NCBI GenBank assembly: GCA_963920595.1
Contig: OY986947.1
Location: 4,030,001-4,094,000 of the forward strand
Length of the DNA: 64,000 nt
Direction: 5' to 3'
Origin: Eimeria praecox
Taxonomy: Eukaryota
Shown in pieces: positions 1 to 16,887 of the stretch. Position 1 is the first letter of the stretch; each line of letters starts with the position of its first letter. The notes below the pieces were generated by a model that was not told where the DNA came from, ran no database searches, and saw only the letters and a program-made list of their open reading frames with translations. Position numbers and translations under genes: made by a program.

Positions 1-226
1 GTGTCGACTTCAATGACTGCTAGGGAACAAACAATATAGCGAAAGAAGATAGATTGGTTGAACTGTGTTGAACACGATGCCCTCCTTTGAAATTTTGAAA
101 TTGGCCTTGCTGCTTTTTGCATGTCGGCGGGAGGCCTGTCCATGAATGGGACTGCCCACAGCAGCTTTTTGGGGGGTAAGTTGAATGCAAAGGGTAGCAA
201 ACGGCCACTAAAGGGCTTGTTCGCGT

Positions 227-1403
227 TTACTCATCATCACCTTCCTTGCTGTCACCTCCTCTCAGTGCCTTTCTCTTTACGCGGCCTGGACGGCCACCCC
301 CGTATGGCGACGTGAGGGAGAATTCAATATATTTCTCGGAGTCAACGCGCACCATGAATGAGGGGATATCGACGATCTGCTTCCCCACGCGGATGTGGCG
401 CTGTCTGATAAGACACCTGGCATGATGGATAGACTTTGCAAGGCCCAACTTGAATACACGCGTCTGCAGACGGCGTTCAAGGAACTTCTGCACCGTCAGA
501 CCCAGCACGTAGTCCAGCTTCTGCTCCCCTTCGCTCAGCAGCCCGAGACGAACCATCCGACGCAGCAGTGCCGTTCCTACACAATAAAGTGCACGCGCCA
601 AACACTGACATACCTTCCAAAAGAGCACACAAGTGCTGTTTTCTTGCAAGCGGGCACGTGCAAAGAAAAACCCATGGAATCACCGCATACCGTCACAGCT
701 TACCCTGGAAGATACGGCGGGGGTCCTTTTCTTCAAGAGTCAGCAGCTCACGAGCTGCCGAACGGATCTTCGCCAGCGCATATTGCACTCTCCACACCTC
801 TCGCTTGTTCTTTAAGCCGTACTCGCCCAGCAGCCGGAGCTCCTGGTCCAAGCGCTCCTGTAGAAGCACCACAAAACAGAACCTCAAAACCCAACTCCTG
901 AAGGGAAATCCACCCCATCCCAACCCCCTGAGCAGGCAAGCATAGAGCCTCCGCCGCGCCCCTCGCAGTGCTAAGCGCTAGCGCCCAAACGGTCCCATTG
1001 CAGGACACTGGGCAGGATTCGCCTGCTGCTAGCCCCTTATGCCCTCCTTATTGCATCAATCCCTGCCCAGGAGTGTCCGAACTAGAGAAAAGGCTTTCCA
1101 CAGACGAAATCAGCCCTGCATGCACTGGTTCAGGCATTGGAGAGCACTGCATGAGGCTAGGTGCTGCGCGCTACAGTTTGTGGCGGATAAATTGGCAACG
1201 CCTTCTGAACACAGTCCCCCAAATGTGTGAAATATTCCGAAACACTTATTAATCAAGAAGATAAACACGTGGGGGCTTCATGTTGAAGACCCCACACTTG
1301 CCCGCCTTGAAATGTTGCAGAGCAGTTAACGGGAACACACCTTTTCGAAGGGGCGCTTGGGGTTGCGGGCCGTCTTGCTGTGGTTCCTGTAGCTCTTCGG
1401 CAT
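227..1403 (-). CDS. RPS9: 40S ribosomal protein S9 (uS4), 3 coding exons, 188 aa
   Basis: Exons 1403-1341, 857-704 and 576-227 join at GT-AG sites with matching phases (567 nt). The product reads [44 protein letters not shown]...[16 protein letters not shown]...LERRLQT...[10 protein letters not shown]...GRPGRVKRK, the classic eukaryotic S9. There is a probable 64-nt 5'UTR intron at 1483-1420 (GTGAG...TTTTACAG). Confidence 0.97.
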
Positions 1404-1968
1404 TTTCGCGAAGAATTTGCTGTAAAAGGCCACAGATAACTCGAAAACAGATGGCGAAAGAAGCCGCAGGCACAGAAGCTCACGTAGGGCACTTCCCCAC
1501 TGCGGGCTGCGCCGCTTCGCATGCAACGGCAGCCGGGTAGGGGCTGCTGTGGGCCCTGTCTGTGCTATTTCCCTTCCGCATAGCATTTTAAAGCATCTCT
1601 TTCTTCCTTAAAAATATTATTAGATATACCTATGGTAAGAATTGTGGCAATTTACTTTTGCCACGACCCTCGTCCCATCCCCACAGATTTCATAAGTATA
1701 ACGGGGTCCCTAAGCTCAAGCAGAGACCGTCGCGAGCTCAGGTGGAGTCAAAATAGTTGATAGTTTTCCAAAAGCATATGCCCACCCATACTGTCTCCAG
1801 ACGTCCCGGTAACAGCGCCACAAAGGACTGCTGCCGATGCTGAGAGGCGCCTGCCAGTCTATGGTGCAAAGAAAGTGCTCGGCCTTAGCCGAGGACCGTC
1901 GTGAGCTGCATGAGAGCCACAGACAAAAAAATGAACACTCCAAATGCACCTCACCTCACCTTCATGTG

Positions 1969-4954
<2,986 letters not shown>

Positions 4955-6134
4955 AGCCCAGATGCTGGAGGGGATGTAAGAGGCTGTTTGCGAACTCTTT
5001 CTTCAAGTATTTGTCTACTGCAGCTCATCCCAACGCTGAGGACCCTCGTTCCAATGCCATATGCTGCGAAGGCAAACTCGAGTGCAGGCATTACCTACCC
5101 TCCTTCTTATGCATAGTCTAACCGTTTAAACAATCATATAAACGGCTACTTGGCCTACAGTGGCCAAACCCCACGCATGTAGAGATGCATGTACGAATTT
5201 TATGCAGACCATGCTGAAGAATGGATCCGGGACAGAACGGACGAGCGAGGCGTTAATTCGGAAGTCTACTCCAACTTTGATCTCTCAAGATTCCCTTGAG
5301 AATATTTCCATATCCCCCTTTAAACATTTTAATGCAAACTTCGCAACCCCGTTGGGCTCTGCGCCTCGCAGGTCACAGCAGTCCGGTGCAGCCGCCTCTT
5401 CGTTCAGAGCAAAACAGTCTCACCCCATTCTCACCCGTACCACGGCAGCTCTATGGACTACAATGCAGATAGGTTATAAAATCGCTTAAATTTGAAAATA
5501 AGGCTTCAGCCTTGCAGTGTATCTAAAACTCTGTTCGTCCCTCGTTTCAACGCCTGCAACCGCGCAAGTGCCCATCGGCTACTGTGCTCGGGGCTGCAGC
5601 AGCAACCAAAATTTCCGTTCTTGTTCAGGAGAACGGGTAAAAGTGCCAACTTGTAATACTAAGAAACGCGTCTTCCGTGTTTCCGACTGACGAAAAGTGT
5701 GATTTTCCACCCACCTTCCGCGGCGATCACCGTGCGCTGCCCGTGGAAGCCTACAGCTTCTCTTGCGTCGTGTCCAGCTGTTCCCCATACCTGTAAACGC
5801 CTCTTCCACAGTAGCCATTGCTTTTCGTGGGTTGCTTGCCTTAAGGAGACAACTGGAACCCCCGTGGGGCTCCGCAGGATACGACCTGATTGCAGGAGGC
5901 CCGTAGGGACCGCACTCTCTCTTTCCTTCGGCGGGCTTCGGGAACGCTTTGTCTCGGACTCGAATGAGAAGGAAAGTAATGTATGCGTTACGAAGCGGTT
6001 AATGAGTTCACTCTGCTGTGAGGCTGCCGGCACTGCGGAGACAGAGAGCGGAGAACGGCGTTGATGGGCAGACTTGCCTCGTCAACCGCCCTGCTGTCGT
6101 GTGGGCGCGTAGCTGGGGTGTACATGCACCCCAG

Positions 6135-9100
6135 ATGCTGCAAATGAAAGCAGCAGGCCCCAAAGACGACGGCAAGAACAGCAAGACCTCCTCGGGCCGT
6201 CGAGCCTCAGTGGGTAGTTCCGAGGGGAAGACGGTCCCAGCCCAAGAGGAATGTTCGCCTGCTTCTTCTGTGGCCCCCTGCCCTGCTTCTTCTCCCTCTC
6301 CCAGTATGGCTGGACCGGCAACTAGGCCTTCAACGGAGGAATGCTTTCCCCTCGTAGCCAGGGGGACCTTCCCGGACCTCGAGACCGGCGGCGGAGTCCC
6401 CGATGCGCTCGCTGCCCCCGCCCCCGCTACTCCCGTCGGGATTTCTTGGGGGGGATGGAGACGTAGTAGTAACAACGGCAGTGACAGCAGCTCAAACCGA
6501 CAGCAGCAGGAGTCTACGCCTGTCTCCCTATCGCCTATCCGCCCAGAACTGCCAAACGAGATGGTGGGCCCTTCAGCCGCCCCTCAGGGCCTACGCTCCC
6601 CCGCAGACGAAAAGCTTCGCCGGTGGTGGAAACTCTTTGGCCTCGAGCCGCAGGCGGTCCGTGCCGCTGCTGCTGTTGCTGCCTCCATATTCTTTGTATT
6701 GGGGAATTGGAGTGATTTGTGTGTTCGAAATGTTTTCTCTGGGGTTTCTTGTTACATCTGTTGTGGCTGGTACTATCTTTACTACTATGTCTTCTTATAT
6801 CAAAAAGAAGCGCTGAAATGCGCTTTCCTCCTGCAGCTGAAGTCTGTCCTGCGGCATTGCCGTTGACCGTAGACTGGGTGGAGGGCGGGGTTCGGGGCTT
6901 AGTAATGCGTTTAAATGAGCTGCTTTCTGTGTGTGGTATGGCGTGAGGCTGCAGCTGGAGCAACAGCGGCAGGAACAGGAGCAACGGCAGCAGGAGCAGG
7001 AGCAGGGGCAGGAGCAACCGGAGCAGCAGCAGCAGCACCCGCGAGTTGACGTGCGCTTTACTTCCGTTGTTTTTCTGATCTTCTTTGCGCTGGAGATTTT
7101 TGTCAACTTTGACTGCGGGGCCATTCCCTGCACGCTATCCCGCATGGCAGATGAATTTCGCCTCTCCCCCACTTGGCAAGGTGTGTATAAACCCCAGCAC
7201 GTGCATGCTGCACGCTGGTGGGGGCTGCGGCTTTCTTTGCAGATGTTTCTTTAACTGTGTCCTCCTTGTCTAGGGTTCCTCTTACGGGTTGAAGCAAAAA
7301 GGGTTGCTGCAGCCGCCGCTGGTAGTTTTTTTTCATGCTTTAGCAGTAGCAGCGCAGAGACAAAGCTCGCTTTCGGATTGCTGTTCTCTTCTGCGTGTTC
7401 ACTTTAGACGGCTTTCGTTGTTCTTCAGTGTGCTTAGATCTCCTGCATTTACGTGTAGAGACAGCGTGTATGCGTGCATGCGTTGATACGTAGAAGTATG
7501 CACGCATGCATGCCTTTGGGGGTGGGACTGCGTGCGCAGGCATGTTGGGGGCCTTGCCTTACGTGGGCCTGACTTTGGCGTCTCCCTTTGCTGGTCGCAT
7601 CTTCGCCTACTGGCCCGCCAAACGCGTTCTTGTAATATCAATGGCCTTGAATGCCCTAGCTACTCTTCTGATGGTGTTGACGGTGCTGCTGCCTCATGAG
7701 GTGCTGCCCTTCGCCAGCGGCAGCAGCACCGTCAGCACTGGCGATGAGGACGCTAGCGGTGGTGTGGATGGCGCTGCAGTCACTGGCTTAGCTGCTGTTG
7801 TTGCTTCTACACCGGCAGCTGAAAGCGTTCCTGATGCAGGCTCTGCAGCAGCAGCTGCTGCTGCTGCCGTTGCAACATCGCCACGTCCCTTTTTCCGTCT
7901 CCCGGACTTTTCCTTTGGGGATCTGACTCCCTGTGCGCTGCTGCTGCTGTCGAGCAGACTGCTGGTGGGGCTCACGCAGGCCCCCTTTGTAATCTTTGCT
8001 CCTGTGTGGGTGGACGAGTTCGCCCCCCCTAAGAAAGCAGCCCTGTGGATGGGAGTCATGCAAGGGGCCGCCGTCGTAGGAGTCACCGTAAGCTGCTGCT
8101 GCTGCTGCTGCTTCTGTTTCTGCTGTTTCTATTGGCTGCAGCGGCTGCTAACACAGCAGTGGCCGCGGCCAAAGAGGCGGCGAAACAAGCAAAAGGGCAC
8201 TGAGCACAGGCCGAAATGTAGAGAGGGGCAGAAAAAGACGAGATAGCAGGCACCAATAGACAACAAATGATGAACGTAGCGGTGGCGAATACGGCGTCTT
8301 CTTTGTTTGCCTGTCTGTATAATTTATATATTTACCTTCATGCGCATTTTTTCCTGCTTGTGCCTCCTGCCCGCTGAGCCCGCTTCTGCCGACGTGTTGT
8401 CGTTCGTCTTGAATGGGTTCGTTGGTTTTCATGTTTCAACATTTGCTCTCTTAGTTTCCATCATTGTCTGTGAGTTGTTGATTATTATATATTTGTCTTT
8501 GTTTTGCGGATTCTATTTGTGCTTGGCTGTCTGCTGCAGGTGGGTTATTTGGCTGCTGGTGCTTTGTCTGTGTATTTGGGTTTCAACTGGAGAGCGGCGA
8601 TCTCTTTTCAGGTTTTCTTCCTGTGTGTCCTCACGGGGCTTGTTGCTAGCATTCCTCGTGAGTATATACAGACACCTGGGGGCCCCGGTGCCCCTAAGTC
8701 CCTCCAGGACGCCAAGCCTGCCCTAGAGCACCCGAATGACCAAGAACAGCAGCAGGGCGAGGAGCAGCAGCAACAGCAGCAGCAGAAAGGTGGGGAGCAG
8801 GATCCAACTCCTCGCCAGCTGCCTGCTGCAGAAGGAGACTGTATCGCGACAGGCGGTAGTACAGGCCTCAGTCCGCAACAACCAAAGACAGGGGGGACTC
8901 ATAGGAGGAAGTCAACAGATGTTGGGCGGCGGCCGCCAGGCAGCAGCAACAGCCCGGGAGCGTGGCCGTCTTCCCCTGCGGCAGCCCTTGGCAGTCGTAG
9001 ACATGCCTCTTTAAAGCTGCTGCTGTGCGTGAGAGATGGCATTGCTGGAGTGTTGTACTCCATGCTCCACAGGCTGTGTGCTAGAATTCTGTCTGTGGGA

Positions 9101-9856
9101 TGGAAGGAGACTGGGCAGTTCAACAGGATTGATGTGTGTGTTGTTTATTGCCTACTGTTGCTCTCTGTGTTTCTGCTGCCTGCGCATCTTTTTCTCGTCT
9201 GTCCGGCTGCTGTTGCTTTTGGGAATGATCGTGCATCTGCTGCCTCTTCTGTTGCTGGTGCTGCTTCTGGAGCTGTGCCCTTGCTGCTGCTTGTGGGGTG
9301 TGCTTGCCGCAGGACTCCAATGTACATGCTCCCTGTGTTGACGCTCTGTGCACTGCTCTTTGTCGTAACTGGCGTTCAATTCTGGGGAACGATATTCTTT
9401 GCTTCTTTTCTGGGGTTGAGCCCTGCAGCAGCCGTTGGGGCGTTTGCAGCTGTTGCTGCAACATCGCCTGTGGCTGGGGTCCTCATGGGCGGCCTGACTG
9501 TTGACGCGGTTGGCGGCTACAAGACACTCAAAGGCCGCACCCGGACTCTCGTTGCATGCACTGTTTATGCTGCTATCGCCGTTGCTTGCGGTGGGTCTTC
9601 ATTAAACGCTTGCACCGCGAATGTTAGGGCTGTACAACTGCTCAGCTGCAGCGGAAAGAAAACAGCTGTGGAGGGTTAGGGGAGGCTGCATGCACTTCAT
9701 TCGTGCAAATATGCCAATGTGTTTGTTCACATCGATGTAATAATAATGTAGGCGCTTATATGGATGCGTATGCATGTAGCACACGTGGATATGCGGTGTG
9801 GAAAGGGACCAGTATAGATGTTTACGAGGCATACATATGTGCATATGCATGCATAT

Positions 9857-9950
<94 letters not shown>

Positions 9951-11707
9951 TATCATGCAAACGACGAGACTTTCATTCATTAATAGAAGAAGCCTACACC
10001 CAAAAGGGTGAATTCGTGGGGGGAGTTCATGTGGCAGTTCGGGCCAACAATATGGCTGGGGCCCTGCGGTGTTGTGGGATTGAGGACTAGGAGCTGCTGC
10101 TGCCAGTGCAGAGGCTGCTGGTGTTGCTGTTGTGTTTTTCGTTGTTTCTGTTGGAACTATGGGGTAGACAATGTGCTACACACGCGTTTGGATGCCGCAA
10201 TGCCGCATAGATTTGTGTGTGTTGGAGTGTACAAACAGATCTGCAGTGTGGGTGGGGCGGGGGGAGGGCGTGAAGGGGGCACTTGTGCAGCGTGTTTTCT
10301 TGTGCGTGTTGGGGTATATGAAGAGATGAGGCTTGCGTGTGTTGCTTTGGTGCTGGAAGTGGTTGCTTGCATCCACTGGAGTATGTACACTCTACTGCTG
10401 TGTCTGGTTGTGCGTGCAGCTGTAGTCGGCAGTTTCTCCTTTCGGGTGTATGTGTGCGTGGCCTGTCTGTGGCTGTTGCTCTGTTTTGGGGCGGCGATGC
10501 TGCCTCCGCTGACGGGCATTCAAATAGATGCTGTCTCGCCAAATCTCCGGACTCTGGCCAGCGGCATATCCATGTTCTTTTACAACATTCTGGGCTATGC
10601 TCTAGGTGCGGTCTAAGGCGATAGATATGGAGGGGTTGAGGGGATTGAAGAGCCCATAGCAAACAAGTGGAGAGCCTTTTTGGCTTCTTTCACTACACCT
10701 CAGCTCCTAGCTTCAACACGAGACGATACAGCCCTGCGCACATAAAGCTAGATAGATCTAGAGACTGGCACAGACAAGAAGCTACATAGACATACACATA
10801 CACGCACAGACACACAAACGGCGTGGCGGAAGCTAGACCTGCTGTGCTTCCGCTGCTGCTGCTGCTTCCACTGCTGCTGCTACTGCTTCCGGTGCTGCTG
10901 CTGCTGCTTCCGCTGCTGCTGCAGCGGTGATTGCAGTTGCTGCTTTTGGTCCTGCCGCTGCTGCTGCTCTTAGCACTACTGTTGTTGCTGCAGCATTGGT
11001 TTGTGGTTTTGCTGCTTGTGCTCTTGCTGGTACTGTGGGGCTGCTGCTGGTGATACTGTTGCTAGGCTTGTTGTGTGTTTGCTGTCAGGGGCATTCCTGC
11101 CTGGAGTGGCTATGGATTTGTTTCACGGAGGAGACGTATTGGGCCTAAGGGTGCGCGAAGTGCCATTTTGTCTTCTTTGCTGCTCCATATTATTTCTGGT
11201 CCTATTGTTGTTTGTCGGTTCTCTATAGCTTAATAGCAATAATAATGTTACGAAACGGCAATAGCACTACCAACAACAACAGCACATTATTATTACGTGA
11301 AAACAGGTTTTAACATGAAAAGATATAACAAACTGCCACCACGTGCCTGCTGCTTTCCCCCAGGCACCCTGGTAGTTGTAGATTTAGGTTTGGGGTTTAG
11401 GGTTTTGTTATTCGCGTGTGAAACTAGGACTACTAGTGGTGGCGTGTGTGCGAGTTTGCAGCTGGTGCTTCTGTGGTCTGTCTTTGGCCTTTTATTTTCC
11501 TTAATTACTGCGCTGTACGCCTGGAGATTGGAGAGAAGGGAAGCTGCGGCGGCGTCTCGGGAGCTCGAGCTGTCTGTACGCCCCACCACAGAGAGCCCCC
11601 CATTCACCGCCCCTACCCCGCAAGCCAATCGCCCGAAAAGGCCCCGCGGAGCGCGTGGCTTCGTGCCCATTACTATGGACTCGGTCTGGCAGCAGCAGCA
11701 GCCGTAA
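6135..11707 (+). CDS. Major facilitator superfamily transporter, Spinster-like, 8 exons
   Basis: Proposed exons: 6135(or 6144)-6656, 6955-7180, 7540-8087, 8540-9024, 9313-9590, 10420-10605, 11089-11150, 11462-11707, with consistent phases. Hydrophobic helices and motifs include EIFVNFDCGAIP, GMLGALPYVGLTLASPFAG, SRLLVGLTQAPFVIFAPVWVDEFAP, VGYLAAG...NWR, LFVVTGVQFW, ILGYALGAFLPG. The start codon and the first donor are less certain. Confidence 0.85.
9856..9948. repeat. (AT)n microsatellite in an MFS intron
   Basis: Read directly. Confidence 0.9.
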
Positions 11708-12649
11708 GACTAGAAGCGCGCACTGCAGCAGCAGCATTTTGAGCGGCAGTTGTGTGGACAGAAGCAGCTGGGAGGTCAGGAACTGATGCGAGGCCAACAG
11801 CAGCTGCTCTAGTATTAACAGCAGCACCACCAGGAGTAACGACAGTCCTAGGATTGAAATGAAGAAAGCACGACGGACGGCAACAGCAGCGCTGTCAGCG
11901 ACTGCACCGTCTGTAGCATTAGCAGCAGCAACAGGAGTAATAGTAGAGGCAACAGCAGCAAATTTGCAGTTATATAGGCGATGCTCCAAGACGGCTTTTT
12001 GGCATTTCAGTAACCGGGCAGCAGCAGCATCGCTGGGGTGAGCATGCAGTTCAGAGGCGGCTCTACGCCACCCATCCCTTTTACTTTTAATCCCTTTTTA
12101 CAGAAAATGGATAATCTTTTCTAGTGTTGCTGCGTTAGATTGTCACTGCTGCGGCAGATCGTCTCTGCTGCAGCAGATCGTCTCTACTGCAGCAGTGGCA
12201 GCAACTAGAAGAAACAACGCACCAGATGTGCGTAGCTCCTGCGCCTCCCCTTGTTTCTTTTTATACATTTTTCACGTCGCCCTGCGGGCTAACAAGGCTT
12301 TGTGGAGCCTTATTTTCTCTCTTGCTAAATTTCTTGCTGCTGCCGCCGTTGCGTTCCTGTTGCTAAAACTGCTACCAGTGCAGTAGCAGCAGCTCATGCT
12401 GTACGTCCCTGAAGTAGGCTTGATAAGCAGACAATTGAAGGGTGAGGCTGGGGCATCCTAAGTGTCGAGGCATGCGGCACTGGCTGTGGCACAGACCGGG
12501 AGGTTGATATGTGCATTTCTACTGGCGTGAGGCTACTGAGGGTTACACTCGCGTTCAACAGTTGTCTACATTCTTAGTGCATGCAACAAAGCGGGAGGTG
12601 GTTATGCTTGCATGTGGAGTTGCCTTGCAGCAGGACTAGCAGCAACGAG

Positions 12650-15120
12650 TGCTGCGGCTCATGGCAAGCGCCGTCCTTTCCGTGCCAGCTTCCAGCCTTT
12701 GTGCCGCTGTGCTCATGATGCCTAGAGAAAGGAGGCAAAGCCATATGTTTTAGGGAAGCTCCTTTTTTGTATCATCTTGACTACATCACAGATCACGACA
12801 GTCCTCTGCTACGAACCAGGATTCTCGTTACGCTTGGTAACAACGCACGGTTATAAGCAGAAGACATGAGCTGCGAACCCTATTTCCACAGTGGGGAGGT
12901 CTCGTGTGCAGGACTGACTATTCGCAAGAGCACTTACTCCGGGAAAATTGGGGAACAAACAAACAAAATCTCGAGAAAGCCATTGTCTGGAGAGGAGGCT
13001 GCCCGAGGCAGGGCGCCTCGTCGCAATTGAACGAGCGCAGTATCCGCAGCCCATACTAGCCAAAGTTATCCTTACCTCGAAAGCAGGTCATGAAGAATGG
13101 GTCCACTCCTATCGAGCGCCTCTCTCTATATATACATATTCATGAAGGCTGGCATAATGCGGGGGCAATCAGAATGTTTACCCTATCTAGAGGCGTGCTT
13201 TCGCCTTCAAAATGCACCCGAAAGCACAGTTCCTCGTGGCTTTCGTTTAGGAGGAGGGGATTGATAATGGTAGCGTAGTGTAGAAAATGACACATTATTA
13301 TTATTATTATGAAGTATATTCGGGCTGTGAGAGCTTCCCAACTTGTGCTGAGATGTAGGCTTATCCGTAGGTTGGCAAGGGACCAGGCTATGGAGGAAGC
13401 AAGAAAGCTTAGGCAAGGGAAGGTGTCGACAGGGCGATACATCCCCAAGGGTTAGTCCTTGAACCGAAGCCCAGCGGCGGCCCCTGAGCCTGTATACTGA
13501 TTTCTCATGGTAAGAATGCTCTATCCTGGAAAAAGGCAATCTGTAGCTGGTTAGGCCATGCAAATGGATCTAAGGGGCAAGAGGATGGAACGTGCTGTTC
13601 TATCATTGGAGAAGAAAAGGCACTTCCACCTCAGTAGATGAAAATGACGGGGAATGCAATGGAAACAGCGAGATCCAACACGTAGGGATATTGAGCTTTT
13701 GAATGCCACAAGCCCAGCTCAGAAATAGTTAAAGAACCCGAACAGACGGAATCTTGAGAGCCAAAACGCCTTGGCCTCTGCACAGCGCTGCTGGTAGAAT
13801 GGTTTTGGGTAATGCTGTCTCAGTAAGCGGATGACTCTGTATATCCTGGAACAATTGTCTGCCGCTAACTCTAATTCACCGAAACAGCAAAGGCATCCAT
13901 ACTTGGGAGAGAGCTGTACGCGTTCTGGACTGATATGGCAGTTACTTTACTGCCGCAGGGCTTGCAATGCTTCAGTGATGGAAAGATTGCTTACAGACAA
14001 TGCCTGCTCAGGCCTTGCAAATTCGAAGAAGCACTCTCCCGACGACCTCCCCGTCAGGCACTTCATGTGGCAGCTGCACTTATCTGCAACGGTTTTCTTT
14101 TATTTCACAGTTGAACTCTTTATTACTTGCTTATATATTCACGTGGCTAAATTCCTTGTGAGGATGATCGACGACCGCTTGTGGCACCACGCGAAGCGTG
14201 GCCTTTGCGGATTATACGTTCAGGCTCCTCTTCGTACAATCAATATGCAGAAGACGCACAGTTATGTTCAAGCGGGCCATAAGGAGGTCAATGTAGCAGT
14301 GGAGCTGTTGAAAAGATCCTTTAGGTAGCGTGGAATGGCTGCCGTAGTCATTGAGTATGTCCGCATTTCCCCACATAATCAGCGGCTAGCCCAGGAACAT
14401 TCTCACACCGGACCATAGCAGAGCTTTCTGATTCCTGAACGGCTCTGGACGGACGTCTCAATGGACTTTATGATGGTCTTCCTACCAGTCGGAATCTGCG
14501 GTAGCATTTTCGTTGTTGCGGATAAGCTGTGTAAAAGGTGCGCCCTCTTGCCGCTGGCCTAGATGCACACCCTTCACTTGTGGACTGATGTTCACAACAT
14601 CAGTCCAAAGCCCAAAGAAAGCAAGCATGCTGCAGCTGTTTGCAGCATGCTTGCTTTCTTTGGGCTATTAACATTAAAAGTCGATCCCCAACCCAGACAC
14701 AACGGGACGTGGGCAGTAATATGGCAATCCCGGGATCAAGCAGCGAAGTGCCGACCGGGTAAGCCCGCTTTTTCCCACTGCTCTTTTCCCTCTTTCGGTG
14801 TTGAGGACTCTGGCCCTTCTCGCCGCCTCCTCTTTTCCACGCCAACACTTCCTTTGTGGGACAACCAGAAACATGAGGGCTTCTGCTAACTGGGGAAGGC
14901 AGGCAGGAAGATGAAGCATGTTCTATCGGGGATTGGGTCGCTCACTTTTACTTAGCTTTAGGCTTGATAGCGACGGCCAATGAACTGTTTTACAATTGTT
15001 TGCAATATTAGTATAAGTACTGAAGGGGAGATTGGGTATGCAAGTATGGTTACATTGCAACAGGCGCTGTACTAAGGAGTGCTGCGACTCACGATAGGCC
15101 AGATCCTCTCCGCACTTAGG
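12650..15120 (+). mobile_element. Degenerate Ty3/gypsy LTR-retrotransposon pol remnant (RT/RNase H traces, integrase, possible chromodomain)
   Basis: 14161-14555 translates through stops as LYVQAPLR...HSYVQAGHKEV...ELLKRSFR*RGMAAVVIEYVR...IPERLWTDVSMDFM...SIFVVADKLCK, matching the gypsy integrase zinc-binding and core regions. PQPRHNGTW (~14690) resembles HPQTNGQ. LYPGKRQSVAG (~13520) resembles the RNase H end YxPGKxNxVAD. FLYHLDYI (~12770) resembles YLDDI. Boundaries are approximate. Confidence 0.8.
14581..14666. repeat. Two adjacent perfect inverted repeats (12-bp and 26-bp stems)
   Basis: TGGACTGATGTT-cac-AACATCAGTCCA (14581-14607) and AGCCCAAAGAAAGCAAGCATGCTGCA-gctgtt-TGCAGCATGCTTGCTTTCTTTGGGCT (14609-14666). 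Confidence 0.95.
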
Positions 15121-16887
15121 CTTGGGACAGGAGGAAAGCAACTAGTACTTGGGAATTCTTAACTAGAGTATTCTGAGACCTTCGGCTGTGGTCGAAGGCT
15201 TGTTGCATCCTACGGTTCTTGTTTTTATCCGACAGCCGTCGTGAGCTACAACAAAGTCAAAATGCTCCTCGAAAGAGCCCCCCCAAAGCTGACCTCCTTT
15301 CCATCCACCCGGAATGCTGAGCACAGGATTCCAAGAGCTTGGGGCTAGTGAGGAGAAGAGTACACATCTCATGGGCTGCAGCGCGCCGCGCTGCACCTAA
15401 TGATGCAAGTTAGCCCCGCGTGCAAGCAATAATAATCTCCCTTTTGTTGCATGCTGCACTTGCAATGCAGGCTGTAGTGTAGAGAACTGTTAAACTCTAA
15501 CTTCGCCGCCCTTAGTGAGCCTGCGTGCAAGTAGAAGAAGTACGAGAACCAGCATCGCACTGATTAAGCCCACGTTGCTTCGAGGACTCTAGTAACAATA
15601 TCAGCAGTGGAATCTGTCTATCTTGCATCGTCGTATTTATTTATAGAGTTGCATAGCTGAGATATCCATAGATAGTGTGGTAGCTGTTTGAGTGAAATGG
15701 ACGTGGCAGGGGGCAACAAGGAAAGTTGTAGCGATATGTTTCAAAATAAATTGTGTAATTCTTGATATAATTAAGGATTTCCTAACAATTAGGTTTTTAT
15801 TTAAATTGAAAATGCCTCATTCTGTCTGTGCTAACGCCTACGGGAGGATGTGCATACACTCGACACAAGGCTTGTTGCGTAGTATTAGTGAAGAAGGCTC
15901 AAGGGGTGCGTTGTAGCTCGCCAGCTATTCCCCTTTTTTATATTTGGTTAAGAATAAATGAAATATGCATTTTAAGAGAATATTATATTGCTTTAACGAC
16001 AGAATATCGTTCTTAGCAGATTATTTTTCGTCGTTTTCTCCCTTTTCACTCCATAGTTCATATACTCGGGGCCCCCATGGGTCCGCAGGGGCCTCCTGCC
16101 CCCGCGCTGCCCCCCACAGGCCATAGCCAAGATTACGGGACAGCAATGGAGAGCCGATTAGGTTTTCTCTTTGATTCTGCACAGAGTGAAATACTAATTT
16201 GTTAAATTTTATTGTTTTTTTGTTATCTTATGAGCAGCTGTTGCTCTGTAACCCACGGCCGATCGAGCGCGCCCCCAGCCTTCCTTCTGTCCTTAGTCGT
16301 TACTCCACCCTCCTTCTGTTTTTCTGTCTACTTGAGGGTTATTTGCACTTATCTTGAGCCATTTAGTTCAATATATTAATTAAAGAGACAGCAGAATACA
16401 AGATCAAAGGCCCCCCCGAGCAGTCTTCTGGCCCCCGATGCTCCCCTGTAAGCCCCCCATAGGCCCCGGGCCTAAAGCTAGAACTGTCAATCCTATGCTT
16501 TAAATCTAACTTCAACGAACTGGAAACATTAGAATTCTTCTTTAAAAGGCTATCATCAACAACTCATTTCTCGCGCTTCGCGCAGCGACTGTACTACTAG
16601 CAGCAGCAGCAGCAGCTGCGGCTGCTGCTGCAGCGGCAGCTGCTGCCGCTGCTGCTGCAGCTGGCCCCTGCAGCAGGCGAGACTTCCCTCATTTTGCCCC
16701 CCCACTTCCACAGAAGGCTTCACACATTTTTCATAGAGGGACAGGCGGTGGAGTAGGAGCTGCAACAACGGAGAGGGTTACAGGTGCAGCAGCAGCGGCT
16801 ACATTTGCAATAGCAGCAGCAGCAGCAGCAGCAGCAGCAGAGGCAGCAACAGCTTGAGGGGGAGCAGGATTAGAGTTGAACCTGAAG

